Positions 24,653 through 37,416 of a DNA stretch of 64,000 bases are shown one piece after another. Position 1 is the first letter of the stretch, and the number at the start of each line of letters is the position of its first letter. The stretch comes from Octopus bimaculoides (lineage: Eukaryota). The position numbers and the translations under genes were made by a program. Below the pieces are notes generated by a model, which saw only the letters and a program-made list of their open reading frames with translations, made no database searches and was not told where the DNA came from. The stretch spans positions 92,424,064 through 92,488,063 of the forward strand of contig NC_068984.1 in the NCBI RefSeq assembly GCF_001194135.2, in the 5' to 3' direction.

Positions 24653-25959
24653 AATAGTCAAATATTTAATTTATTTACTTACTTTACATTTGTAAAACAT
24701 TTTAATAAGTAAAAAAGTTTTAACTACTAATGTAACAAAATATTATGGCAGTTATCACTTTATTTTCATATATTAATTTAAAATTTATTTAGTCAAGCTC
24801 AGCAATAGTGAAATAATTTGGGTAAAAGATGGTTGACCCTTACTGAATGGCTTGACTTATTTGAATATTTTATTTAATTGGTAACCCATTCAAATTTTAT
24901 TTCAGCTGCAATATTTCTTTTATTTTATTTTATTTTATTTTGGGCTTACTTCTTGTCCTGTATTTTTTCAGGTTTATTAAATACTTAAGAATATTGTTAT
25001 CGCTTGCTCACATTTTTCATTGTAGTCCACTTTTTTTGACAAGTCATGCAGAAAAATTAATAATTCTTATTCTAATAATAAATTTAGCTTACTTTTTCAT
25101 TTTATTTCATTTCCTATTGATCAATTGATGCCTATTCATTTTTGTTAGAAATTCTTAGAAATAATTTTTTTAAAAAAGAGAGCAATAATAAAAAAATATA
25201 AAGCACTAACTGTGAGCAATGAGGAATCAAATGAATTAGGAGAGAAGGTCAAATAAAAAAAAAAAAACAATTATAGGCTGGATTTTCTGTTTGCCTTGTA
25301 TTGACAAGTTGTCTTTTAAGTATCTTTGTAATTACAAGGCATATATTTACAACTGGCAATTATTGAAAGCTGCATAACTTTTTTCTCTTTAATATATTTT
25401 TATGGGGGTAAAAAGAAAAGATACATCCGGTGGAGATCTTTCATTTGAACACAAATAAAGTATAGTTTGCTTTTCAAAAAGCTGAGATATTTTGAGTTAA
25501 AGTCAATCTTATAGCTACTTAAAGCTGCATAACTAAACTCACCACGTGTTCAATAGTAGTATTTATAGTTTGCCCACAGTAAAAAGTGCATCAAAATCAT
25601 ACCACCTATGCTTTAAGCAGTCTCGTGACCACAAAGAATTGTCTTTTTCATTTTCGCTTGCAAAACCAGAGAGCAATGTTCAAATTTGCATCTTTTATAC
25701 AACAATCCTTTTATGCACTCTATCTCATCCTATTGATTTCTTTTTTTTTTTTGAAAGATATTTGCCTTTACTTCATTAATTTTCTCGGTCTCTATATTTT
25801 CTGTAAGATATTTGCCTTTATGTAATTAATTTCTCTGGTCTTTTTATTATTTTTTTTTCACTTTTTGAAACATGTTCACCTTTAGTTTGTTGACTTTCCA
25901 GATCAGCTAACATTTATTTAATGGCTGTTATTACTGTTCAGTAGAACACTTGCTCTTCC

Positions 25960-27802
25960 AGTTACTCATTTTATTTCATTAAAAGATCTATTTTCCGGTT
26001 CAGGTTTTTTCCTATCACATTCCTGCAACTGCTGTGTATACTTTTCTTTGACTTCATGGTAAGATTTGGTCATCTCTATAAAGTTTTGACAAACATGTTG
26101 CAATTCTGACTCAACACATCTTTTATCTTGCAGACATCTTTCTGTATTGACTTCTCTTTCAGAACATTCCATTTCTTTACACTGCGCAGGCACCATCCTT
26201 CGAGCCAGTTGCTAAACTGGGTAATGATCTCCTGTGTCAGCATGGCGCTTCACACAACAATGGAGCAGTGGTTCCGATTTTGGTGGGATCACTGTCATCC
26301 ATAACGCTTTCACTTCACCACCAGCAATAGTCTGCTTTACCACCTTGACAAAGAACTAATCTTCCTTTCACCCAAAACTTCATGGAGCAGAAGTCCATCG
26401 GACAATCCACAGATAGCAAATAGTCCAGACTTAAGCGACAAGGATACTCCATCTCCACTACATAGACTGGAAGCACAACATTTTGTCCTGCAACTTCAAT
26501 CAGGACATCAACCGATCCTCTCAGTTCAGTACAGTGCCCAGTAACACCACACAACTGCCATGATGACTCAGTTGCTGTAACATCTCAGGCCTCACAAAAG
26601 TTTGCTCTGAGGTCAAATCAATCACACGGCAACATTTCTGGCCATCAATTCTACTATCCACTTGTATGTTGTCACTTACAGTCCTTTTACATCTTCTCGG
26701 GGTTGGGGCTTCTTTGGAATATTCGGCTGGCAGTTACATCTTAACACCAGCCCCTTCTAGTTTTCTAACTCTCCTTTGTCTTCCGTTACCTTCTTTCGTG
26801 TAAGGCAGTCAAAACTGAGATGTCCCTTTTCACCACATATCCAGCACTTTCTCTTAAGTGTGAACTTTTTACTATCGTTCTGCCTTTGTTCTCTCTTCAA
26901 GCTGTAACAATCTTGCATTGTGTCCTGGCTTCCAACAGTGCCAACAATTTATTTCAAACAATCTCTTGTTCTTTCTTCTTCAAACAGCTTTCTCTTTTAT
27001 GTCCAACTTTCTCACAAAACCAATAACTTTCATTAACTCTTCCTGTTTCACATACTTGCTCCTTCCTTGCTTTGAATCCAGAACTGTAGTCCACTTTGAA
27101 TCTTCCTGTATTAGACTTTACATGACTAAAATTCCAGAACTCTAGCCAATGCCTCTTGCATAGTATTCGGCTGTGCTTGTTTCACTTGAACTTTGAACTC
27201 TGCACTGCCCAAAGCAACAATAAACTGCTCTTTCAGAAGAAGAGCCAAAAGTTCCTGGGCAAGCTGTTGTAGTGATTCTCCTCTAGCCTATACATGGGTT
27301 TGAAATCATACCCTGTATACTTCACTCAAGCCCAGAGTACCATTTCAACTCATTTTTCAAAATTCTCAACTCATTCTCAAAATTTAGCATATGTCCTCCA
27401 CCATTTCCATGCATTTTCTGCACATCAACTTGAGGCTCAGTAACATAAAACTGTTCTACAGCCTTCATTCTCTCATTAAACATTTTCAGCTGTTTGCTTA
27501 ACTGTTCTTTGCATCTTGTAATATCATCAGCCACTTCACATCTGTACTGCTCTAATTCTTCATGTACTTTTCCATGTAACTGTTGTTGTTCTTCTACCAT
27601 TCTTTTCACAAGTGTGTCCAGCTGTCCCTGAAGATGCATGTGCTGCACTTTCTGCTCTTTCTTCAACTCAGTTTATCATTTTGGCTTTGTAATGCTTCCA
27701 TGATTGCAGTCAGAGAAACCTCTTCCTTCTGCACACTCCTTCCAGCTCCATAATGAATAATTAGTTAAGTGCAGCAATAAATATATCCCACTTCTGACAC
27801 CA
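25960..27802 (-). mobile_element. Gypsy-type LTR retrotransposon relic: PBS, gag with CCHC knuckle, aspartic protease; pol absent
   Basis: PBS tggtgtcagaagtgggat (27785-27802, tRNA-Leu 3'-end complement); coiled-coil gag start 27322-27666; CWICGEKGHLSFDC at 26805-26846; degenerate protease VIDLTSEQTFVR and LCGVTG..LSLDYL. Confidence 0.82.
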
Positions 27803-29109
27803 GTTGTTATGCCTCTCACAGCCTCTCAATACCACCAGCAGGCTCCAACAGTCTGTGATGGTAGCTCAGAAAACTGCAGGCAAATTCAGCAAGCAAACTT
27901 GCTTAGAGTGGAAGAAGTGGTAGTTACAGCAGTCAGAAGAGTTAACAACAAACAAAACCGTGGAGTATAAACAAAATAAAAAAAAACCTTAAGAGGCAAA
28001 TAAACATTTAAGGAATAAATAGACAGTTTTTTAGAGAGTTCTTTCATTTACCCCTGAAATGTTTAGACTTCTTTTGATGACCTCTTCTTTTTATTCACCA
28101 GTCTAATGATTCATTATCTTTTCATCGACTGGACTCTGTTGTTACTTCTGAATTTACGTTAGTCCAGTAACCATTCTGCATTCTTTACAATACCAAGCTC
28201 ACACTGACTAAACTTGCAGCAATTTCAAAATCTTCCACCTTACAGAGACACCACTATTCACATTAACCAACTCATATTCACCGTCACATCAAACTGACTT
28301 CTAACCATTCTCCTCACAGCAAAGACGCCACTGTTCACATTAACCATTGGCATTCACCCTCGCCATACATATCCCACTTCTGACACCAATTACTGTGTTA
28401 ACTGTTCAACATGAATTGCTGGACCTCGACCACCTTGCATCAACCTTGGATCAATTATTCACATAAACCACTCACATTGACTTCCAGGAGACTCTAAACC
28501 AACCATTTCACATGTCAACGTTGCATATCAGCTGCCGTCACTCAGCTCCCAGTACAAGACTAAACTCGCCATGTGTTCAATAGTAGTATTTATAGTTCAC
28601 CCACACACTAAAAGGTGTGGCACAATCATACCACCTACACTTTAAACAATCACGTAATCACAAAGAATTATTTTTTTGTCTTCTTCTTGCAAAATCAGAG
28701 AGTGATGTTCAAATTTATATCATATGAACAAGAAACTATCTAAATAGAATTTTTTGTTTGTAACAATAAAGAAAAAAGTAGCCAATAATAATGCTAAGAA
28801 AATGAAAAAATATGTTTTAGAGCAATAAGAGCATTGTAGTTTGTTTGAACACTATGATATTGGAGAACGGCAAAGGAGAGAAGATAGCTTCTAAAAGTGC
28901 AGTAAATTCAATAAAACCTTTATATTTCAGGCGCAAGGGGCCCATCTTTGTCAGAAAAACAGTCTGGGGAATGTCCAGTTATGCAGAGTCCATTAACCCA
29001 TTCAAATCCCTGGCATTTTTGTAGCACTAGTAGTCAATTGTTGCAGCAGTCACACCCCAAATGTAGGTGTAAACAAACCAAATGAAAATCAAATTATCAC
29101 TTTTTTTTT

Positions 29110-30050
29110 TATCACTTAAAGCAGCATAACTGTTTTTCTATCAAATATCTTCAAAAGAGATTTTCACCAAAAGATTCTACTCATTAAGTTGTTTTAAAAG
29201 GGTATAATTAAGGGATAGTTTGCTTTTGAAATACCTGAGATATTTTGAGTGAAACTCAATTTTAGCCATTACTTTTTTGGGCTACTTAAAGCTGCATAAC
29301 TTTTTTCTATCTAATATCTTTTAACAAGGTCTTCACCAAAAGATTCTATTTGTTGAGTTCTTTTAAATAGTCATAATTAAAGTATAGTTTTTCTTTTAAA
29401 TAACTGAGAAATTATGAATCAAAGTAAATATTAGGCATTACTCTCCCATTTTTGACCCTATATTTTTTGTCATAACTTCTTTTCTACTGAATCAAATTTC
29501 GACTATTTTATGTCAAAATGTAGCTTGTCACTGGTCCATCATAGCACAAAAATTAAATTAAGATTGAGCTAAAACTGAATTAGTGGTAAAGCATTAAATT
29601 GACTGCAAGTGAGTAAAAGTTGGAAACGGCAAATTATAACTTTTTCCATCACTTAAAGCTGCATAACATTTTTTCTACCAGAATCTTTCCATTGAGTTCT
29701 TTGTTACCAATTTTTTAGCTACTTAAAGCTGCATAACTTTTTTCTACCAAATATCTTTTAAAGAGGTTTTCACCAAAAGATTCTACTTATTGAGTTCTTT
29801 TAAAAGGCTATAATTAAGGTATAGTTTTTCTTTCAAATAACTAAGAAATTATGAGTCAATATCAGGCATTACTCTCCCATTTTGGCCCTACATTTTTTAT
29901 AACTGTTTCTCTATTAAAACAAATTTTGATTATTTTATGTCAAAATGTAGCTTACCATTGGTTCATCATAGTGCAAAACACCGAATTAAGACAGAGCTAA
30001 GACAGAATTAGTGGTAAAGCATCAAATTGGCTGTGAGTGAGTAAAAGTTG
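29110..30050. repeat. Complex tandem repeat (about 435-bp duplication plus sub-units), related to 25330-25530
   Basis: gctacttaaagctgcataacttttttcta recurs at about 29120, 29281, 29650 and 29718; 29281-29620 resembles 29718-30050. Confidence 0.75.
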
Positions 30051-30054
30051 ACCA

Positions 30055-30285
30055 TAACCCATTAAGACCCACTGTCCTATAAATAGGACACTAAATGAAA
30101 ACATTAAACAAGCTATATCACATTGTCTCAGTATTCTATTTATAGGAAACCAAGTATTTCCATTTCTACTTGAAGTAAAGGAGTTTTAATAATTATTTTT
30201 TTTCATTTTAACCTATTTTCAATCATCTGTAAAAATTTTAAAGTAATATTCAGAAATTTAAGTACTCTGGGACTTAATGGGTTGA
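30055..30285. mobile_element. About 230-bp MITE with piggyBac-like termini
   Basis: taacccattaagaccca ... tgggacttaatgggttga; TTAA-like flanks are imperfect. Confidence 0.55.
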
Positions 30286-31360
30286 GAACATTATTTACAT
30301 GCTGTTGTGTGAATGATTAATTAGAAATGTTTTACACCCGATAAAAAGTTCTAGAAAAGGTAAGGTCATCAGTATGGAAGTTCTTATCAGGTACCAAATG
30401 TAAAACTTTTGAAATGATTACTTTATAAAAAAATTAGTTCTTTCCAGTACAAAAAAAAAAGTTTCATGACATCACAAAAAATAAATCTTTGAACAATAGC
30501 AAGCGCATTGGGAATATCTTGCAGTGAACAGAAATAAATGACAATTGATAACTGAGGAGTTTGAGATAATACTAAAGCATAATGCCTGAAAACTACAAGA
30601 AGTTGAAGTATTTCATGGTAAAAGTTCCAAAGATAATCTTGCTTGCATAGTCTATGGCTACTTTACATTTTCAAAAGCCAAACTTATCATCCATGAAAGA
30701 TTACATATCTGGAGACCAGCTTAGGATGCTCACATGCATACATTTTCCAAAAAACTATAAAACAAAACTAGGGCATCTACAGGCCCATGTTAGAAATGTT
30801 GTCAAATCTGTTACAGGCATATGACTGCAATGAGAAAGTCATTATGTTTTAAACTGAGTTGACAAACACAAGACAGACAACAAGCTTATCCTACAGTCAC
30901 ATTCATTTCTCTCTTTCTTAGAAGTAACAGAACTTTGCGATTCAATTTCTATGGACATATTTATCTAATTTCATGCTTTACAAGTACATGGGTTTTCCCA
31001 TGTCTGGTATCTGGTTTATTTGGGCAATTTTTGTGGTATGTCAAAGAGATTTCTAACCAGGGAAACAATGAGTGATATATCTCTCATGACACTTTAACAG
31101 TACAGTGTAGCTGATTTTGAAAGAAGAATCAATCCGTTACTTGCTTAATAGTTTATATATTGACACCTCTATACAAAAGGGTAGAAAATAAATTTGGCCA
31201 CTGCAGGATTTGAACTTAAAATGCAAAGAGCAAAAACAATTACTGCAATCCCTTTAATGTTCTAACAATTCTACCAATCAATTGACCTAGTTATCTAGCT
31301 ATATAGAGGAATATATAAACTCATACATTCACAAATATATATTTTATTTCAATTTTTTTG

Positions 31361-31443
31361 CTATTCCTTTTCTTCAGTGAGTTCCTCATCACTTTCTTCT
31401 GAACTTTCAATTTTTTTCTGTTTATTCAGTTTAGAAATCAATT
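31361..31443 (-). CDS. RNF113A: RNF113A last coding exon (ELISKLNKQKKIESSEESDEELTEEKE-stop)
   Basis: (t)n-cag| acceptor; phase 1 completes the conserved NPAKELI..L; TAG at 31361-31363; AATAAA about 15 nt downstream (plus-strand tttatt 31343-31348). Confidence 0.9.
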
Positions 31444-31827
31444 CTGAAAAAAAAAACAATATAAAATTTTATAAATACATGTTTATGTATACAGATATGT
31501 AAATATGCAAACGTTTGTGTGCGTGTTTCCTATGTCATGCCCTTATGAACTACTACTGAACTGTCAAGGGATTACTTCTGAAAGATTCTTCTAAAATCAT
31601 CACATCTCAAAATGCCAAGAATTTCTTTTTAATTCCAGAAGAGATTGCAAAGAAGTGTGCTTACAAAAAACATACTAAATGAAATTACAAAGAAGATAAT
31701 ATTCTTAAGCAATTCCTCAAAAATAAACTTTCCATTTTGTATGGGGCTTAATCAAAATAAGAAAATTTATGTCTGTGTAATTACAACTCTATGCATAAAC
31801 AGCATGTATAAGAATGACTATGTCAAC

Positions 31828-31945
31828 ATAGGCATAACTGTGTGATAGTTTGCTTCGCAACCACATGGCTCCAGGTTTAGTCCCACTGTGTGGCACCTTG
31901 GGCAAATGTCCTCTACTATGACCCTAGGTTGACCAAAACTATGCG
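31828..31945 (+). mobile_element. 5' half of the common tRNA-derived SINE
   Basis: ctgtgtgatag..caaccacatggctccaggtttagtcccactgtgtggcaccttgggcaa matches the head of the 57056 copy. Confidence 0.8.
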
Positions 31946-32039
31946 AATAGAAAGGACAACAAAGAAAGAAAGAGACCTCGATATTATGTAAATAGAGGAA
32001 TTTATCTGCAAAAAGATGTGACACTTATTCGGTAGCCAT

Positions 32040-32100
32040 GATAAAACTTCAAGTTTCGGAAGCCGGGGTGGGAACCCACATGAACATCTCTTCAGTTATC
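32040..32100 (-). ncRNA. Hammerhead ribozyme motif in the last RNF113A intron, sense orientation
   Basis: GAUAA-CUGAAGA-[G..GUGGGuuCCCAC..C]-GAAA-CUU(G)AAG-UU-UUAUC; perfect 5-bp stem I, near-palindromic stem III, weak stem II. Confidence 0.6.
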
Positions 32101-32283
32101 CGACCATTGAAAATTCCTGTGAAAAATGACGGTTTAACAAAGGGAAATTACTGTGTGGTTGACTGTTATTAAGACAAAAGAGCTATAGACCCCTAAGTAA
32201 GGGGAGGGGGTATAAGTAAGGGAGTAAAAAAGTCTATAGTGTTCGTGTAAGCGCACCAATCCGTATATGTATATATACATATA

Positions 32284-32693
32284 TATACCCGCATACACAC
32301 CCCTACACACACACACTCAAAAACCTCGCACCCATACACACGCATGCAAAAAAAATTNNNNNNNNNNACACTCAAAAACCTCGCACCCATACACACGCAT
32401 GCAAAAAAAATTATAGGGCTAAAGCAAAATACAGAAGAAAGTGTGAAAAAGCTATAAGGTTAAAACGTGTCTTTATGTGCATAGTTTCACATGCATGCAC
32501 ATACATCTATATATGCACATATCTGCACACATTCATAAGTGTGCACATATATGGAACCTTATATGTTTTAACCTTATAGCTTTCTCACACTTTCTTCTGT
32601 ATTTTGCTTAGCCCTATAATCTTTTTTCTGTGCGTGTGTATGGGTGCGAGATTGTTGAGTGCATGTGTGTGTAGGGGTGTGTATGCGGGTATA
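32284..32693. mobile_element. Foldback/MITE-like element with about 130-bp inverted arms
   Basis: tatacccgcatacacaccccta..ctataaggttaaaac mirrored by gttttaaccttatagc..ggggtgtgtatgcgggtata; TA at both ends; left arm inflated by a duplicate around the 10-N gap. Confidence 0.75.
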
Positions 32694-32744
32694 CAGTTCT
32701 CAGGGGCTCAGTTCTCAGTCCCCTCTTATTCATAGTCTTCCAGG

Positions 32745-34495
32745 CCATAACAGAGGAATTTAAAAACTGGCTGTCTGTGGGAACTACTATATACTGATGA
32801 CTTCACTCTTACAGCAGATTCTATAGCAGAATCAGAAAAGAAATTCCAGGTGTGAAAGCAAAACCTGGAACCAAAGAGCCTTGAAGTTAATCTAGTGAAG
32901 ACCAAAGTTGTTGTTAGCAAGAAAGCAGATAAGAGTCTCTTTCCATCAGGGAAATGGCCTTGATTACTATGTAGGAAAGGTGCTGGAAGAAATTCCATTT
33001 GTTGCACCTAGTGCAAGCTATGGATACAGGAGATGCAGTGGAATCACAGGTAGGTTAATACAAAAAGTCATCTTTGTATGTGGCAGATGTGCAAGAACAA
33101 TAAACACTAAAGACACATGGGAATTAGACTCTCTCAAACGTTCAGGAGGTTGCCTCGAGTTAGTAGATAGTTTCTGTTACCTAGGTAACCAAATTAATAG
33201 TAGTGGAGGATGTTCTGAAAGTATTGTTCATAGAATAAAAATAGGATGGAGGAAGTTCAGAGAATTACTATCTCTGTTGGCAACAAAAGGATTATTTCCA
33301 ACTGAGAGGCAGATTGTACAATGCTTGTGTACAAACAGCTATACTCCATGGTAGTGTGACCTGGACCCTGAATGCAGAAGACATGCACAGACTAGAGAGG
33401 AATTAAGGTATTATACACTACTTGATGTGCAACATCAATGTGTATGTACCACAAAGTATAAATGTGCTGAGAGAAGAGTTGGGCATAATAAGAATTAGAT
33501 GCAGTATGCAAGAGGGAAGACTAAGTTGGTTTGAACATGTGATGTGTATGAATGAAGACAGTTGTATAAAGAAGTGTCGATCACTGAAAGTGGATGGCAC
33601 CTGTGGAAAGAGGGTACCCAGGAAAACATAGGATGAAGTAGTGAGAGCAGATTTCAAGATGTTGGGTCTTGTGGAGGAGATGATAATGAACCAAGATATC
33701 TGGTGATATGAGGTTCTTGAGAAGACCTGCTCACCTCAACAAAACTGAGTTCTAGAAGCATTGTGCATTCCATTGACATGTAACATTAAATTTTTCACAC
33801 ATCCTACTAAATCTCCACTTCTCCTCTTCCTCACATCTCTTTTTCATGCATTATGCTAATCTCTCCCTCCCCACTCTTGCAGCCCAATCCTGTCCTCCAT
33901 GCCCTGCCAACAGTATCATTGCTATCTTGTCGTCCCCTCCTTTATACCCAGGTTTCACAGTCACTGCACCCCTGTCCTTTCTACAGTCATGTGAACTCCC
34001 TACTCATGCACTCAGGGCAATCCTCTACCATCCCTTTGATTATTCATATCCTCCTACCTGGAGAGTATACCCTGACACATCACCACCATCTCTCTTGCTT
34101 TCTCTTTCTCTCACTCTCTCCTTCTAACTGGGGTAACCATGTATCTCCTCTAGAGCAAGACACCTGTTTCCATACCTCTGTCATATTCTATCCTCTTAAC
34201 ACCTGGCACAGAGCCACCTCTCTCAATACCACCCCCTTTCAAAGAATCTTTGTCTTTGCAAATTACTTGGTGACTTCACTGGTGCTAGTGCCATGCAAAA
34301 AGCACCCAATTCAGTCTGTAAAGTGGTTGGCATCTGGAAGGGCATCCAGCCATAAAAATCATGCCAAAGCAGACTTTACTAGTGTGGGTACCACATAAAA
34401 AACACCCAGTATACTCTGTAGAGTGGTTGACATTAAGAAGGATATCCTGCTGTAAAAACCATGTCAAAATGGACCTCGCCAGTGCTGTTGCCACT
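32745..34495 (+). mobile_element. 5'-truncated RTE-like LINE with a Cys-rich (PHD-like) insert in the RT, plus long 3' UTR
   Basis: WELLYTDD (YADD); GKWP*LLCRKGAGRNSICCT*CKLWI..RCSGI..FVCGRC; VDSFCYLG..IGWRKFRELL; RLSWFEHV; stops and frameshifts throughout. Confidence 0.88.
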
Positions 34496-34759
34496 TTCTG
34501 AGAACCATATCATGCACTTCAAAGCAGTTCTTAAACATATGTGGTTTGGAGTGACAGCCTGAGTATACTGTACACTTCCCACTACTCAGTCTATACCATT
34601 ATGCCTACTGGTTAGTCCCAGGCCAACTCTCATTTGGAAGTATATGATGAAAGGTATTCCAGTCATAACCATCCCATCTTTTTAGAAGTATGTTTTTTCC
34701 CCTTTCCCAAGAAGATAGGCTATAATTCAAATAGGCTATAATTCAAATAGGTTTTGCAA

Positions 34760-36180
34760 CTACAGCATGATGGTTGCTGTTTCTTTGCATTTATCACTGG
34801 TAATGTATATCCCAGTACAATGTTTGGGGTTCATAGAATCTGTTGATGCTGCAAGATATTTTTGTATGTGTTTTTAATGCTTGTCTGGACTGACTGGGAG
34901 ATATGGTTTTTTTTTTAAATGTTGTAGTGGTATTCTGGATTGTTGTAGATATGTCTAGGGGTGGTTGTACAGGTAGTCCTTGCTTTTTAGTATGTTTTGC
35001 AAGTGGTCTGTGTGCAGCATGGCAAGATGCAATTAAAGATTTGTGATGAAGAGATTGGGCAGAACTCACATAATTCATGATGAATCTTATGTATTGTTTG
35101 TACTTTACTGTTATTTCTTTTGGTCAAATGCAATTTCTGTGAGTATTCTAAGTATGTTAATGTGTTGTTTTGCTTCTTTACTAAGTGATCTGAAAGTACT
35201 GTGAATGTTGTAGAAATATTGAATAGAACTCATAATAATTTTATCTTTTATGCATGTCATATGTCTATGTCATTGATTTTTCTGGTTGTTTATATTTAAT
35301 TTCTGCTATTGCTTTTAGGAAGAGAGACAATAGAATTGGTAGATGTTACAGAAAGTTAATTATTATTAAAGTTAGGTTACTAGGTGACTGATGTAGGGTT
35401 GAAATAATTAAGCAAATTTTCCTGGAAAGTGGTGGAAAAATGTGATGAAATCTGTATATGTGGTTCTGTGCAAACTTTGCAGACAGTTGTTACAAGGTCA
35501 GAACCTCTCTCCTCACTTACACAATCCAAACCAAATTAAGTAAGAGATACATGGCAAAAAATTAAAATGTTGATCAATTCTAACTCATTTTCTTGAACAT
35601 TTGTGAATTCCATATATCACCTTCAACTAACACACAATTTCTGTAAATCAAATCTCTCACCCTTTTTATCTATAGCCAATTTCTGCTATCTAGGTTATGT
35701 TCTCTATTCAAACTACAACAGCTGAGAGATTAATCTACATATCATGTGATGTCTGCACGTAATATGTAGATTCTTTTCTCAACTGGACATCAGAAACGAG
35801 TTCTAAGTTTCCTTCCCTCCTCACACCTCTAAATAAATCTGCTGCACCTACCACATTCTGAATTCTTCCAACCAACAACAACTCTTTGGCCTTATCTCTT
35901 CTGGTATCAAGTACAAATATCTCTCTCCCTTCATCTCTGAAGCCATTGTCCTAAGTGACTGCCATGTTTAAAACCCTTCTCAGCTCCTACACTCATTCAC
36001 ACTGATGGTGTTGATGCAGAGACTAAATAGACTGAAATTTTAACTGTCTACTACAATTAGTTTCTTTTCTTTACATAAACTCCTGACTGGCACACAGATA
36101 CTGAAAAAATCCCTAATTATTTTCTCACTTTTAAATGTCTAGCTCAAGCAAATCATCACCATCTCTACATCAGCCAACTA
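34760..36180. mobile_element. Highly decayed LINE fragments (RT C-terminal-like on minus 34760-35340; APE endonuclease-like on plus 35900-36180)
   Basis: Only weak motif resemblance: TTCTTTP.H, PNIVLGYTLP and SDCHV..HTDGVDAE. Confidence 0.35.
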
Positions 36181-36271
36181 GTGCCTTACCATAACTATTC
36201 TCATACATTAATTGTAATAAAAAAAATATTAATGTAATGCAAAAATAAAGTATAATAAATTTAGACAGATG

Positions 36272-37200
36272 TTATTATCTCTGCCTCAGCAAAGGCAGAG
36301 GTATTGTTTTCAGCTGTGTTTGTTCGTCTGCTTGTCCATGAACAAGATGTCTCAAGAACTGCTGGATGGATTCAGATAAAACTTTCAGGGATGTTTGGCC
36401 TTGTGGCTGGCACAAACTGATTAGATTTTGGAATCCATCCAGTACTGGACAAGGATTCTGGATTATTTGTTATATTTACTTTACATGATTACGATCTTAC
36501 GTTCACTTTCAAGTCTTTTTTAGTTATCCCCCTTTAGGCTGTTTCCAAAGTTTTATTTTCATTTCTCTATTATTAATTTTATTCGTGTCTCTATCCTTAG
36601 TAGAAACTGATGGACAAAGAAATCAAACTGCATAAACAAATGGCAGCAAAACTGTTCAGAAATTAAATAACACTAACATTTTTATAATATATATATTATA
36701 TATACATATTAACACTTTACAGTATATTTACATTATATACATACATCTATACATCGATCTAAAACAACAGGAATACTAAAGGAAGGCCACAATTTAAGAG
36801 AAAACTAAAAGGTCTCATGCTGCGCATTTAAAAATTCCGGCGTAGAACTTATTATTATTACCTCTACCTTTGAAACTCTTTTGAATGGTGAATTTGTTAA
36901 CTTTGGCTTGTATTAGATAAGGATAAACTATTTATTACTGTTACTAAATTTTCTACAGCCACCTTCACATTCTACAACTATCATTAGGATTGATCAGGTA
37001 TTGGACAAGGATTCTGGATTATTTTTCCATTTTTTTTACTTCATTTTTGAGAGCGGTCGGGTTCATTTTTAGTATTCTCATTTGTGAGAACGGTCGAGTT
37101 TATTTCAGATATTCTCATTTTAAAAATCATCAGTGCTAATCATTGAGAGGACGTCGGTGTTGCCTTAGTGGAGGTTTGTGCTCTCTGAGTGCTCTTGTTT
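36272..37200 (+). mobile_element. Non-autonomous Helentron/HINE-like element, interrupted
   Basis: 5' ttattatctctgcctcagcaaaggcagaggt hairpin; 3' ccttagtggaggtttgtgctctctgagtgctcttgttt; ggacaaggattctggattattt repeated at about 36450 and 37005. Confidence 0.4.
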
Positions 37201-37416
37201 GATTATATGTTTAGTACTATACTTTATAATGTGGTGACCCAGCATATCTATAGTCCAATGCCTGAAACTAGTAAAAAGGAAAGGAAAAATGAGAGAAAAC
37301 AATCCCAAAACGGAGCAGCTTCATTTTTTTATGATGAAATTTACCATTCATTCTATTTTAATCACTTTAAACCCTCTGAAACTGAAAAAAACAAGCAAAA
37401 TTTGCAAGATTCATAC

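Noticed and set aside
32315-32412. Short exact duplication in the foldback arm
   Set aside because: It flanks the 10-N gap 32358-32367; an assembly artefact.
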